DNA of 62,541 bases from a virus: UHGV virus genome UHGV-0208829. One strand, 5' to 3'. Under the pieces are notes generated by a model, which worked only from the letters and a program-made list of their open reading frames with translations, was not told where the DNA came from and searched no databases. Both the position numbers and the translations under genes were made by a program. Shown one piece after another: positions 19,875 through 30,400 of this stretch. The first letter of the stretch is position 1. Each line of letters opens with the position of its first letter.

Positions 19875-21335
19875 TTAAAGTTTATCGACAAATACTGAAC
19901 CTGCAATCCAGTTCAATACATAGTCAATCATCCAACTGGTTGCGGCTTCTGCCGGGTCGGTGTTCTCAATCATCGCGGTATGAATCGCACGCATCAGCGG
20001 ATCAATTTCGTAGGCGCAGAATACGGCGTTACATGCAGTCCGGATGATAAACAACGTGATGTCTTCGTCTGCGTTGACAAAGAAATCATCACAAATCCCC
20101 ATAACAACCTGTTTGACTTCTTCGCGAGTACGCGTCAGTTCGCCAACAGTCAGGTAGCCCTGGTCGAGCTGGTCGATTGCAATCGAGAACGCTGTTTTCA
20201 ACGCCTGACGGTTACGACTTACCCAGTCGAGTTCATTTCGTTTCTGAACGATAATTGCACGACGGTTGTAAGCTTCAACATAGGCTTTCTGGTTTTCCAG
20301 CAGAGACGCGACACGTGCGGAAACGTTATAGTCGCCTTCGTCCATCAGGTAAATGGCACCCAACAGGGCTTCAACGATACCGCCTTTTTCCAGGTAGTCA
20401 TCCATCGTTTCCTGACAGATATAGACATTTTTCTCGTTGGTATCGTAAGAGTAAACGATGTTACCTGTGGCGACACGGTTAGCCACCGCTTTTTCGAAAC
20501 CGTATACCCAACCGATAGACGTGTAATAGGCACGGCCCATTTCCGCTTTCCATTTCAGGGCGTCAACACCTGAGTCAGGCCACGGACGTTCAATGAAGAA
20601 CGAAGACAACAGCAGTACCAGAACACGTTCTTTTACCATCTCCGGTGCTTTATCTGCAACAGGTACGGTGTAGTTACCTGCCAGCAACAGTTTTGCTGCA
20701 TCGTACATGCTGAGGTTCAGGTCGTTCAGTAATTTACGTACCAGCTCATCGTACGCTTTTACACCTGTTTCCGGAATCTCGATGTCGGTCGGTACATCGA
20801 ACTTGATTGGGTCGTAAGTCGTACCGTTACCCATCGGGTTGGCGATTTCTTGAATCAGCGCCTGGACAACTGGGGAATCCACACACGGATCGATACCTAC
20901 TGGAATCAGGTTCCAGTCTTCAACCAACGGTTTGACATCTTCAATCGTGTTATTTTGGATAACCAGCTGCACAAATGGTTGAACAACGTTACGGGCAAAG
21001 TCCAGCATCCCGTTGCAACGCTGAATGGCCATGTTCTTCAGCTCGAATAGCGTGGTTTCATGATCATCAACACGCAGTGCTTCAACTTCAACAGCACCGT
21101 CACGAATAATCGAAGCTTCTGCCGTACCGTCTACTGGACGTTTAAGCTGCGTAATCGCGGGCAGTTCCTGGAAGAACTGTTCGTCGGTGATTGTGGTATC
21201 GAAAACGCGGGTAGGGTCGACCGCACGGTTGAGCAAATCAACCGGAGAGTCAACATCTGTGCCAAGCTGAACATTATGCTGTTTGCACAGTTTCATGGCG
21301 TTAGTAACCGCATTCAGCGAGTATAAACTGATCAT
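19875..21335 (-). CDS. hypothetical protein (486 aa)
   Basis: ATG start overlapping upstream stop. Confidence 0.55.
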   Translation of the reverse strand: MISLYSLNAVTNAMKLCKQHNVQLGTDVDSPVDLLNRAVDPTRVFDTTITDEQFFQELPAITQLKRPVDGTAEASIIRDGAVEVEALRVDDHETTLFELKNMAIQRCNGMLDFARNVVQPFVQLVIQNNTIEDVKPLVEDWNLIPVGIDPCVDSPVVQALIQEIANPMGNGTTYDPIKFDVPTDIEIPETGVKAYDELVRKLLNDLNLSMYDAAKLLLAGNYTVPVADKAPEMVKERVLVLLLSSFFIERPWPDSGVDALKWKAEMGRAYYTSIGWVYGFEKAVANRVATGNIVYSYDTNEKNVYICQETMDDYLEKGGIVEALLGAIYLMDEGDYNVSARVASLLENQKAYVEAYNRRAIIVQKRNELDWVSRNRQALKTAFSIAIDQLDQGYLTVGELTRTREEVKQVVMGICDDFFVNADEDITLFIIRTACNAVFCAYEIDPLMRAIHTAMIENTDPAEAATSWMIDYVLNWIAGSVFVDKL

Positions 21336-21625
21336 TGTTTAACCTCTTTATTCGTGCTGATGTTCGCCTGAAGCATCGCGTACAAACGCGCGCCCACCAG
21401 ATCTGCGATATCACGTTTCAGCAGTTTCTGATCACCGATACGGTCAGACATTCCTGAGTTACCGCGAATCAGACCATGCACAATCTCCGTTGCTAATTCG
21501 ACAGTATTACCTAAAGACACGTAGTTGGTACGTTGAATGGGACTGTATCCCTCCACGTTTTGCTGGGTAATATTTTTCCCAGTCGGAATACCGTGCCGCT
21601 GTTTGATTTTATCTAGAATAGACAT
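21332..21625 (-). CDS. hypothetical protein (97 aa)
   Basis: ATG start, GGAG upstream. Confidence 0.5.
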   Translation of the reverse strand: MSILDKIKQRHGIPTGKNITQQNVEGYSPIQRTNYVSLGNTVELATEIVHGLIRGNSGMSDRIGDQKLLKRDIADLVGARLYAMLQANISTNKEVKQ

Positions 21626-21646
21626 TCTCTTCTCCGGAGTTTACCA

Positions 21647-21665
21647 GGGTGGGAGCGACCCACCC
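21647..21665 (-). promoter_or_regulatory. hairpin between co-directional genes just 5' of RBS
   Basis: Stem gggtggg/cccaccc, loop agcga. Confidence 0.3.
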
Positions 21666-21672
21666 CTCGAGA

Positions 21673-24600
21673 TTATTTAAGTGTCGCGGGTAAATCAGGC
21701 ACAGCCTCCCCATCGAGTATACGCCCGATGAGAATCCCGGCTTGTTCACCTACAGCATTCGCGGTACCGATACGTTGGATTGAACCTACGATACGCGCAT
21801 CGACGGAATCACGACCGAACAACACGTCCAGGTCATCGCCATCCTCTGTTTTGTTGTCGCCGTACATGACTTCTTGTACGGTGGTTTTTAGCTGGTTAGC
21901 AATAACCATCTTATCCGCAGCGGCCATCTCAACGTCGTGTGTAATAAAGAATCGAACACAAAGTGAGTTAAAGGCCAAGGGTACACCTTCAACACGGTAG
22001 TCGCCGTTTACACTGCCTGAAACCGGATCACCGCGTCCGACTGCCAGTGCGGCTTTACGACGAATTCTGTCGTATTTACGCACCAGTTCAGCAAGACTTG
22101 GCGTCATGTCTTCGGTTTCACCGTGATACACCACTTCGATTTTATCCACGATACCACGTACCCCTGCACGAGGTGCGTACGAACTTAAACTTTGCAACGT
22201 TGCGGCTGCTTCCTGACTAAAGGCACTCATATCTCCCGTCAAGTCGTCAGTAAACGTGCATAGGATTGTATCGACGTCTACGTGGTCGCCTTCATTCACG
22301 ATTTCCAAAAGCATCTGGTTGCTGTTAATCGTCACTTCTTTCAGCTTTGTTACCTGCCCCACCATTTTCTTCGCGAACCGTTCAGAAATTGCGTTGGAGT
22401 CTTCGATAACTTCTTCAGCTTCTAATAAAGCAACGGTGGCCAGCACCCCGTTTTTCCAGGAAACCTGAGTAGGATCGTAAATATCAGGTTCAAAGTGTTG
22501 CTCGTTGTACGTAATCACTGCCCCGGCCGGGAGCTTGTCACCGGCTTTCCAGCGTGTTACCAAGGTGTGCGGATAGAAGGTACCTTCGTGGGGGCCGAAC
22601 CAGCGCCCTAGAGGAAAGGCTTCTTTACTTCCATCTTCGTACGTAATTTCAATGTGGTCTTTCGACAGACCAGTAATCTTACCTGCTTTATCAATAACGC
22701 GTGCATGTTTCACCGAAGTACGGTGAGCGACGAATTTCTCCTGTTCAGTACGATACGGGGTTGTGGTTGCCCCATTACAACTGGTGGCAGAACCTAACTG
22801 AATCCCAACGAAGTTTTGACGTTTTGCATCGTCCATTAAGGTATCGGGTACTAACCCGTCAATAAACGAAAGGGTATCGCTTGGTTTCGGGGTTTTCTCT
22901 TCACGCTTAAACGTGGTACCGTCAACGGTGTCAAAACGTGGGTTATTGGTGACGAAAGCAGTAATCCCTACGTCGCCGTTATCTACGGTGTTACCCGAGA
23001 CTATCCCGATATCACTGGGTTGGAACTCACGCGTGTGGTAGACCATCGTTTTACGATTACGACCACCTGTACCCCCCATCGTAATAACGTCTTTTTCTTT
23101 AATTGACTGGATAGGGTTAGCGCCTGGTGCCAAAAGTACCGACGGGTCGGAGTTAATTGCACCCCAAACCATGTCTTGCGTCAGTTCGAACTTACGGTTA
23201 CTACCCGGTGCGTTATTGTAGTTACGCATCGCTCTGACCATCGCAGTATAGATGTGGTAGGCAATCCTCTGATTTCCTAAGAACATCATTTCGTCGCCGT
23301 TAATCTCTGGTAAAGAGTGGTCAGTTTGTAACAGTTCGTTAGAACGTTCCAGCAAGCCAATAAAGGTTTCCGGCTCACCCATTTTCCTGAGGATACGTGC
23401 GTGCATGTCGTCAACAAACGCGGACCGCATCTGTTTCAGCTCGTTGATGTACCGTGGTGTTAGGCCATCTGCTTCACGTAATAAGTTCAGGTAAATGTCT
23501 TCGCGGTCTGCTTCTGATTCGGTATAAGCAACCAGGTGTTTGAGATAGCGATCCAAACCATGCAGAATCATCCTCTGCTGATCGTTATCGCAAGTAACTA
23601 AAAGTTTACAGTCTTGTAGTCGAATAATACTGTCGTAGGCATTCTTATCAACACGCTGACCTGTAGGAACCAACTCGTACTGGATACCGAAATGTTTCAA
23701 CATTCCCTGGAGTCCAAGATAGAACGAGAAGATAAAACCAAGCGACAAAGATTTACCCATCAAAGACAGCTCGGTCATTTCGCGAGGCACTTTCTGGTTA
23801 TTAAAGCCCAGTACCTCTGCGATAGTTCCCACCGGTTCAACTTTGTTTCCGTTCACACCGTAAAGCATGGATTTGTCATCCATTGCCAGGATTGTTTCAC
23901 TACGCGGACGTTTCGCCACTGGTAAAAGTTTGGCAGCATCGGCGTCTCTGAGTTGCTCGTCGTTAAAGAAGTTAACGGCTTCTTTGTAGTCGAAGTTCCA
24001 CATATAGCCATTCGCATTAAAGCTGGCAATACGACGTGCAATCTCCGTATACTGACGAGGCAGATGTTGCGTAGGATCGAACACATTTGCTAAACGTGCA
24101 TCGGTGACTTCGGTGTTTGTCGGGTCAACAGCGCGTGTGATGATCGCGTTGGTTAACCAACGACCGTAATCGTTCGCGACCTTATCACTACGACGGACAA
24201 AGTTTTTACCGTAAGCGGTAGTCAGTGCGACAGTATCCGGTGCAACTTTACGAATCGGTAAGTCCACACGTTGCCGACGCATGGTGTATTCGACACCATT
24301 AGCGACCCAAGTACCGTCCTCGGTCAAGCCTGGGATAGAGAAGCGAACGGTTGTTGGCTCACCACCGACTGGCTGAACACGTAAAGTGTGGTGCTCGATA
24401 GTTCCTGTAACAGAAACTTCTTTTTCCACCGTGTGGTTGTGAACCGCCAGACCCAAACGTTGTGAACTGGCGACCGCCGCCAGTACGTCTTTGGTCATCA
24501 TGGTCTGGTTGTATTGTTTCACCATCTGGTCGGTGACGTTCTCTGCCCACCCTTCATCGGTAACAAGCCGCTGAACTTTTTTCGGTTCGGCTTTAACGAC

Positions 24601-25839
24601 AATATCTTTCTCGTGAACAGTCAGTGCTTCCCCGTAGGTTTCTTTCGGGTTATACGGGTTAGGTAGCTGAACGAAACGTTTAGACGATTCTGACAGGAAC
24701 TGATACGCTTTAGAACTTAAGCGGCCCGCTTCAGCTAAGCGTTGTGCTTCCTGTTTAATAATCTCGTCATGCGGAATGACTTTCTCGACGACGATAGTCG
24801 TCGGTTTGACGTCTTCCTTCGGTTCTTCAATAACGACGTCTTCTTTTTCATCGAAGGTGTTATCGGATTCCACCACAGCGTCATTAACAACGTCGTCATC
24901 GTCGACAACATCAACGGTTTCTTCTTCGACGTCTTTAAGGAAAACACGCTCGTCGCCTTCAGGCGTTAGGAATTCCGCTTCGTACGCGTTAGACGGTGCT
25001 TGTGTCATTACACGCACCAGCGTACGGTAGAACATCCTGGCCATTTGGTCGTCACTTAAACGACCGCCGGACGACTTACGCATTTTCTCTACAACACCCA
25101 TGTTCATGGACGTGAAGCCCGTGTTGTGGGTGAAGATAAAGTTCATTCGTGACAGCTGAGTTAAATCCATTCCCGAGAATAAGGAATCGGATTGTTTTCC
25201 ATAAGCCCAAGCAAACAACTCCAATAGCCACAGCAAGTTGAAGTCCTGGAACTTCTCAATCTTGCTCTTAACGCGGTCGTTATAGGTTGTTTGAAACTTC
25301 TGGAACGAAGGTAGAGTCGAACCCAGTTCAATAACGAAATAGTTCTGACGCATGTATTCTTGCGTGTCGTATTTGAACTGGTTAATCATCAACAGTTGGA
25401 TGTTACGCAGTCTATCGTACCAGGCTAACTGGGTGTCAGGATAGTAATAGTGCGATAGCATCGGTGTGTAGTTCTCGACCAGGAGAACTTTTAAGTCTTT
25501 GCGAACCAGATCGTCTGAGGTAAGACGACGCATCGGGCGGTTTGCACGGTGGTAGGCAAAGATAGCACGTTCTTGCCCCTGAACAGGTTTGTTGCGAGGA
25601 TGGCCGCTAATACCGTCTTCCGGTAATTTAAAGTGGTGACGAACCTGTGCAGGTTTTTCTAACGGTTGAATAATCTCGAGTGTTGCAGGTGGCGCTAATA
25701 CCACCTGGTCGAGATCAATGACATGGAGTACAGAACCACGTGGTATCTGTAGCTTCTCGAGCGGGATAATCCTCGGATTACCAAACTCGTCAGTTTTACG
25801 CACCGAGAAGCGTTGGTTAAACTGTTTAATGAGCAGCAT
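21673..25839 (-). CDS. very large protein (1388 aa) immediately downstream of RNAP beta-prime-like gene; possible RNAP partner subunit
   Basis: ATG start 9 nt after upstream stop; acidic low-complexity linker; only weak RNAP-like matches, so function unassigned. Confidence 0.55.
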   Translation of the reverse strand: MLLIKQFNQRFSVRKTDEFGNPRIIPLEKLQIPRGSVLHVIDLDQVVLAPPATLEIIQPLEKPAQVRHHFKLPEDGISGHPRNKPVQGQERAIFAYHRANRPMRRLTSDDLVRKDLKVLLVENYTPMLSHYYYPDTQLAWYDRLRNIQLLMINQFKYDTQEYMRQNYFVIELGSTLPSFQKFQTTYNDRVKSKIEKFQDFNLLWLLELFAWAYGKQSDSLFSGMDLTQLSRMNFIFTHNTGFTSMNMGVVEKMRKSSGGRLSDDQMARMFYRTLVRVMTQAPSNAYEAEFLTPEGDERVFLKDVEEETVDVVDDDDVVNDAVVESDNTFDEKEDVVIEEPKEDVKPTTIVVEKVIPHDEIIKQEAQRLAEAGRLSSKAYQFLSESSKRFVQLPNPYNPKETYGEALTVHEKDIVVKAEPKKVQRLVTDEGWAENVTDQMVKQYNQTMMTKDVLAAVASSQRLGLAVHNHTVEKEVSVTGTIEHHTLRVQPVGGEPTTVRFSIPGLTEDGTWVANGVEYTMRRQRVDLPIRKVAPDTVALTTAYGKNFVRRSDKVANDYGRWLTNAIITRAVDPTNTEVTDARLANVFDPTQHLPRQYTEIARRIASFNANGYMWNFDYKEAVNFFNDEQLRDADAAKLLPVAKRPRSETILAMDDKSMLYGVNGNKVEPVGTIAEVLGFNNQKVPREMTELSLMGKSLSLGFIFSFYLGLQGMLKHFGIQYELVPTGQRVDKNAYDSIIRLQDCKLLVTCDNDQQRMILHGLDRYLKHLVAYTESEADREDIYLNLLREADGLTPRYINELKQMRSAFVDDMHARILRKMGEPETFIGLLERSNELLQTDHSLPEINGDEMMFLGNQRIAYHIYTAMVRAMRNYNNAPGSNRKFELTQDMVWGAINSDPSVLLAPGANPIQSIKEKDVITMGGTGGRNRKTMVYHTREFQPSDIGIVSGNTVDNGDVGITAFVTNNPRFDTVDGTTFKREEKTPKPSDTLSFIDGLVPDTLMDDAKRQNFVGIQLGSATSCNGATTTPYRTEQEKFVAHRTSVKHARVIDKAGKITGLSKDHIEITYEDGSKEAFPLGRWFGPHEGTFYPHTLVTRWKAGDKLPAGAVITYNEQHFEPDIYDPTQVSWKNGVLATVALLEAEEVIEDSNAISERFAKKMVGQVTKLKEVTINSNQMLLEIVNEGDHVDVDTILCTFTDDLTGDMSAFSQEAAATLQSLSSYAPRAGVRGIVDKIEVVYHGETEDMTPSLAELVRKYDRIRRKAALAVGRGDPVSGSVNGDYRVEGVPLAFNSLCVRFFITHDVEMAAADKMVIANQLKTTVQEVMYGDNKTEDGDDLDVLFGRDSVDARIVGSIQRIGTANAVGEQAGILIGRILDGEAVPDLPATLK

Positions 25840-25848
25840 TGCTTAGCC

Positions 25849-27468
25849 TTATGGGTTCTTTAATAACGCTTGCGTTGCACGTTTAATCACGTTGTTGATA
25901 GGATTGATTTTAAAGTTCCCATCAGAATCGAACCAGTAGTTTTTCGAGTGTATCCAATTCCGGTTTTCCTCGAGTGCTTCCTGGGACATAGGCGCGTTAA
26001 ACGACCCGGTATCGCCGTCGTAGTCACCCCCTAAGCCACCTAAGCGTGAAGGGTGTGGTGCCATCGACTCAACGAAGGTAGGAACCGACCGGTCAGGGTA
26101 GCTGATAGCCCCTCGGGGTTTTTCAGTTTCCCAGTCATCTTCCAGTTCTTTTAAGTATAAAGATGACGTGGTGGTCTCCAATCTTATGGTCGATGAATAC
26201 GTCGAGCCTCGGCCTGTAACGGGATAACGTGTAACGAAACCGAAATAATCGTTCCAAAGTTCGTAGCCCGACAAATAAAGCAATTCGACGAGTGTCATAC
26301 CGTGGACGAATTTTCGGTCAAACGTTTTAGGAAGTTCTTCAATATCGTAGAACACCTTAAAATGTTTGGTGTCTTGGTAAACCAACGCAACGTAGTGGGT
26401 GTCGTCCAACATAATCGGCTGATGGCGAAGCTCGCGAGCTTCCATTCGGTTGATTAAGGATTCAATCCCATCGTCGGTGGTGAATGTGTCGTATACACGA
26501 CCACCTACTTCCAAGAATTCACGTTTAAGGGTTTTGGTGTTTACGCCGTAAAGGTTGCCGTCACCAGCACGGATGTTACCGAGGTAACGTTCACGTATCT
26601 GGTATTGCGCAACGGGGAGTAATGCTTTTAAACCCTGGTATAAACCAATTTTGGTGTCGGTGGGACGAATAGCGTCTTCACGACCCATGCACTTAGACCC
26701 CGTCGAGAACGAGGACAGTACGTTACGTGTCCCGTTCATTAATTTACGAGACGTCACTTTACGACGTTGGAAACCCCCTTTACCGTCTTGGATGTTAAAG
26801 AAATACATCCAGATATCGTTGAAGGTTTGTTGCAGCTTCCAGCGTACGGGGTTAGTTAATTCAACACGGGTTGCTCGGTCAGGGATCGCCCTGGCGAGTG
26901 ATACCAACCGACGATACATCCCGCCGATTTCTTCTTCCTGTTCTCTACCATCTTGTCGAATTACTAAATCGCGTAAACCCGCGGGTAACACGAGAACGTA
27001 TCGACTAAGACTAACGGGACGGAATTTCAAAAAGAAATCCACGGTTTCGTCACGTTGTAGAGACTCGTTACGCTTAGGTTTTAAATCGTTATAGTGACTG
27101 AGGAAGAAGTTAAAACCGGTATCTGCGCCTGGGTCTCCCGGCAAGGCCGGTTCGAAATCTTTTTCTTTTTCGCTCCACGTTGCGTAGCGTTTTCCAGAAC
27201 AAATTTCTTCGTAGAGTTGTTTGAGTTGGAATAACGCCAAACACACCGTCGGCGAAATGATATCGAGTTTAATATCGATATAAGAGAAAGTAGAGTCTCG
27301 CGCTTCACTCCCCGTGAGTCCAAATATCTCTGTAGAGTAAAGACCTTCGGGGTGAAAGTTTTTTGTTAACCCCTGGAAAGTATCCGTGGTCGTGACGGGT
27401 CGTAATCGCGACACAAGAGACTTGTTTACATTGAGCAGATAAAAGTCAACCCAATTAAGTTTATTCAC
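25849..27468 (-). CDS. multisubunit RNA polymerase beta-prime-like subunit, N-terminal split fragment
   Basis: 539 aa; YVLVLPAGLRDLV...IGGMYRRL (region B-like), GKGGFQRRKV (region C-like), catalytic GDYDGD at 26011-26025 near C-terminus; GTG start with AGGAG 8 nt upstream. Confidence 0.65.
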   Translation of the reverse strand: MNKLNWVDFYLLNVNKSLVSRLRPVTTTDTFQGLTKNFHPEGLYSTEIFGLTGSEARDSTFSYIDIKLDIISPTVCLALFQLKQLYEEICSGKRYATWSEKEKDFEPALPGDPGADTGFNFFLSHYNDLKPKRNESLQRDETVDFFLKFRPVSLSRYVLVLPAGLRDLVIRQDGREQEEEIGGMYRRLVSLARAIPDRATRVELTNPVRWKLQQTFNDIWMYFFNIQDGKGGFQRRKVTSRKLMNGTRNVLSSFSTGSKCMGREDAIRPTDTKIGLYQGLKALLPVAQYQIRERYLGNIRAGDGNLYGVNTKTLKREFLEVGGRVYDTFTTDDGIESLINRMEARELRHQPIMLDDTHYVALVYQDTKHFKVFYDIEELPKTFDRKFVHGMTLVELLYLSGYELWNDYFGFVTRYPVTGRGSTYSSTIRLETTTSSLYLKELEDDWETEKPRGAISYPDRSVPTFVESMAPHPSRLGGLGGDYDGDTGSFNAPMSQEALEENRNWIHSKNYWFDSDGNFKINPINNVIKRATQALLKNP

Positions 27469-27497
27469 GCTAAATCTCCTGATACGGATTAAACGTT

Positions 27498-30400
27498 ATG
27501 GCTAAAAAAGGTAAAGATGATTTCGATGAAATCGATCTTGATAACATGGACGACTGGGACGATTTTGATGAGCCCCCTCGTCAACAAGACCAATCGCGTA
27601 ACCCGGTCATGGACACATTTCGTGCTGCCCGTAAGTCGGCGTTGTCGACTATCTGGCCCGAAAACAAACGTGATCAGGTTATTTTAAAAGGGATGCCTAA
27701 ACCTGCGGCAGAAGCCTACGAAGGCTATCAAAACGTTAAAGCTGCAGGTCAAGACATTCTGGCCCATACGAAAGACGAGATTGAAAAGACGTCTCGCGTC
27801 GTTAAGATGCAAGCGAGACAGTTAGGCCCAACACTGAAACGGTATTTACCGGAATCCGTAACACGGAAAATCGACAAGTGGGCACGTAACGATCAAATCG
27901 ACTATGGGAATTACGATCCTAAACAAGCGATGATGGATCGTGAGCTGGACAGCGTGTTCTCAGGTGCACCGCAAACGGCGGACCAGCAACGCGAAACGCA
28001 AGAAGGGATGGTTGAAGACCGCTTGCGTGACACGATTAAGGACATGAAGTCCGACGCACTGTTCCAGACAGTAATCGGTATTGCAAAAGACGTCAACTTA
28101 ACGACTAGCTTAAGTCGTGGCGTGTTGTTGAATGTTCAGCGTAAGCAGTTAGAGCTGCAATACCGGACATTGTTTGCTTTGCAGGATATTGCGAAACTCA
28201 AACAAGACGAGTTTGCACGCAATACACCGGCATTAGAAGCCATCGTTAAGAACACAGCACTGCCAGACTACGCGAAGGAAGAGTTTTCTGAAATTCGTTG
28301 GGCTAATGTAAAACGTAAAGCTGCGGAGTGGATGAACCCCTTACACTACGCAGATAATTTCATTGGTCAGATTCGCGAAAACGCGAAGAAGAAAATCTCG
28401 AACATCTTTAGTGATGGTCGTGGGATTCTAGAACAAGTTCTAGGGATGGCTCAGGAAGATGACTTTGACATGTCGGACAGCTCATCGTTGTCTCCTGACC
28501 GTCGTAACACAAACTCGCGTAATAAAGCGGCAGGTTTTGCAGGTGGGTGGGTCGCAAAACGTCTCTTACAACCCCAGATCGAACGTCTTCAGAACTGGAC
28601 CCGTGGCGAGTTAGAGAAAAACCCAGAAGTCATGAAACGCCTACAGTTGGCGAAGTATGGCTTTGGAAATTTGTCGTCTATTTCTAACTCGGCAATAGCA
28701 GGAGAAACAAGCGGTCCGTTAGCTGATCTGTTTCGACTAATGCACGAGTTGGGGTTAGTTAACCCGCTACGTCGCGAAACCTTAGCATTAGACGATCGTT
28801 CTGCGGAATCTCTTTCTGCCGCGGCGAAATTCGATCGTAAAGCTTACCTTAGTATCACCGAAGTTATTCCGACGTTACTGTCCGAGATTAACAAATCTAT
28901 TCGTCGTGGGTATGGCGAACACCACGATCAGGTTTATGACCTGACCACGCGCGGCATGGTGGATCGCAAAGTTATTGGTAATCGCGTACGTAAGGCCGTT
29001 GCTAATGACGATCAGCGCAAACGTTTACAGACGTACATCAACGACACTGTCGACTTTATCGATAAAGATAAAACGCTCGATAGGAAAACACGTCAAGCGT
29101 TAGCGGACTACATCGAATCTCGTGCCTCAGAAGGGAAAGCGTTCGATGTAGGGTCTTTATTGAAAGACCCGATGCACATGTATCGGTACATGAACGCAAA
29201 CGCTGTGGAAGCGATTCAGGGTATTTTAGAAACCCGTTCTGCGGAACTGGTTGGCGGTCACCATGAACTGAGTAATGCGATTTCAAACAAAATCGCCGCT
29301 ATTCAGTCAACGATTCGTGCACGTCAAGACACGGTTGATGCTGCGTCTGTGATTTACGGCGAGAACGCACTTCGCGATTCCGGTATTTTTAAATACGATG
29401 CGAAGAACGACATTTTCGAAGTCGATAAGGACATTAACGATCCCTATACGCTATTTAACGACCTGTCGATGGGTAAGACCCGTTCTGGCCGTTCGTTAAC
29501 CCGTGAGCAAGAGATTCAACGTAAGCTGCAAAATGGTTCTGCGTTGGGTGATTACTTGCGTCGGATGGGTGCAGGAGCAGAGCCGAGCTTTGAAGACAAA
29601 GAACTGTCCAACGTACGTGGTGGTGGAAAAGGTGGTCGCGGTCGTGGTTTAAGCGCCCGTCAACTCGCTGCGGTACTTTATGGAGAGAAATCTACCAACT
29701 TTGTTGAGCTCTTAAGCAACCGTCCAGATACGAACGCTGGGCTGGAACAACAGTTCGATCGATTGATTGATGCGGTACGTAAACAGTCCGAATCTAGCAC
29801 CGTGCAAGATATCCTCAAACACGTTAAGAACATGGATGAGGAAGGTATTCTTCTAGCCAGTTTAGGCGGTAGCCGTGATGACGGTGACGAACCTGAAAGT
29901 TCGAGTGAATCGGGCCGTAAACGTCGTCGTAAGCGCAAACGTATTGTACTAGGCGAGACAGGTTTGCTACGTCGCTGGGCTGGGGTGCTTTGGGATACCG
30001 GTTCTGGTGTAGGACGGTTTGGTAAGAATCTGTTCCTACGTGGGAAAGATCGCCTACAAGCATTAGGTGGTTTTATTCGCGGGAAATTCTCAGGCGGTTC
30101 CTCCGAAGGTCCCGGCGTATTTAGCCGACTGAAAGGGTTAGTAACCGGTACATTATCGACGGGTTGGAATTCTGCCGTAGCTTTCGGTAAAGGCGTTTTA
30201 GGCGTTCGCGACATCTACGATGAACGTGGTAACGTCGTATTACAAGGAAGTCGTTTAGAGGCTGGGGAATATTACCAGGCTGACCCGAAAACTGAGAAGC
30301 TGATTCAACTTAAAACTCTCGACGATATTAAACTGGGACGTGACATCGTCGACGAAGCGGGTAATTTAATCTTAGCGGCTGCTGATTTGGCTGCCGCAGG

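Noticed and set aside
19980-20573. 197-aa plus-strand ORF inside gene 19875..21335
   Set aside because: Nested antisense ORF with no SD; the minus gene is part of a coupled array.
29678-30214. 178-aa minus-strand ORF inside the 1170-aa plus gene
   Set aside because: Nested antisense; Pro/Arg/Ser-rich translation consistent with the reverse frame of a GC-biased coding region.
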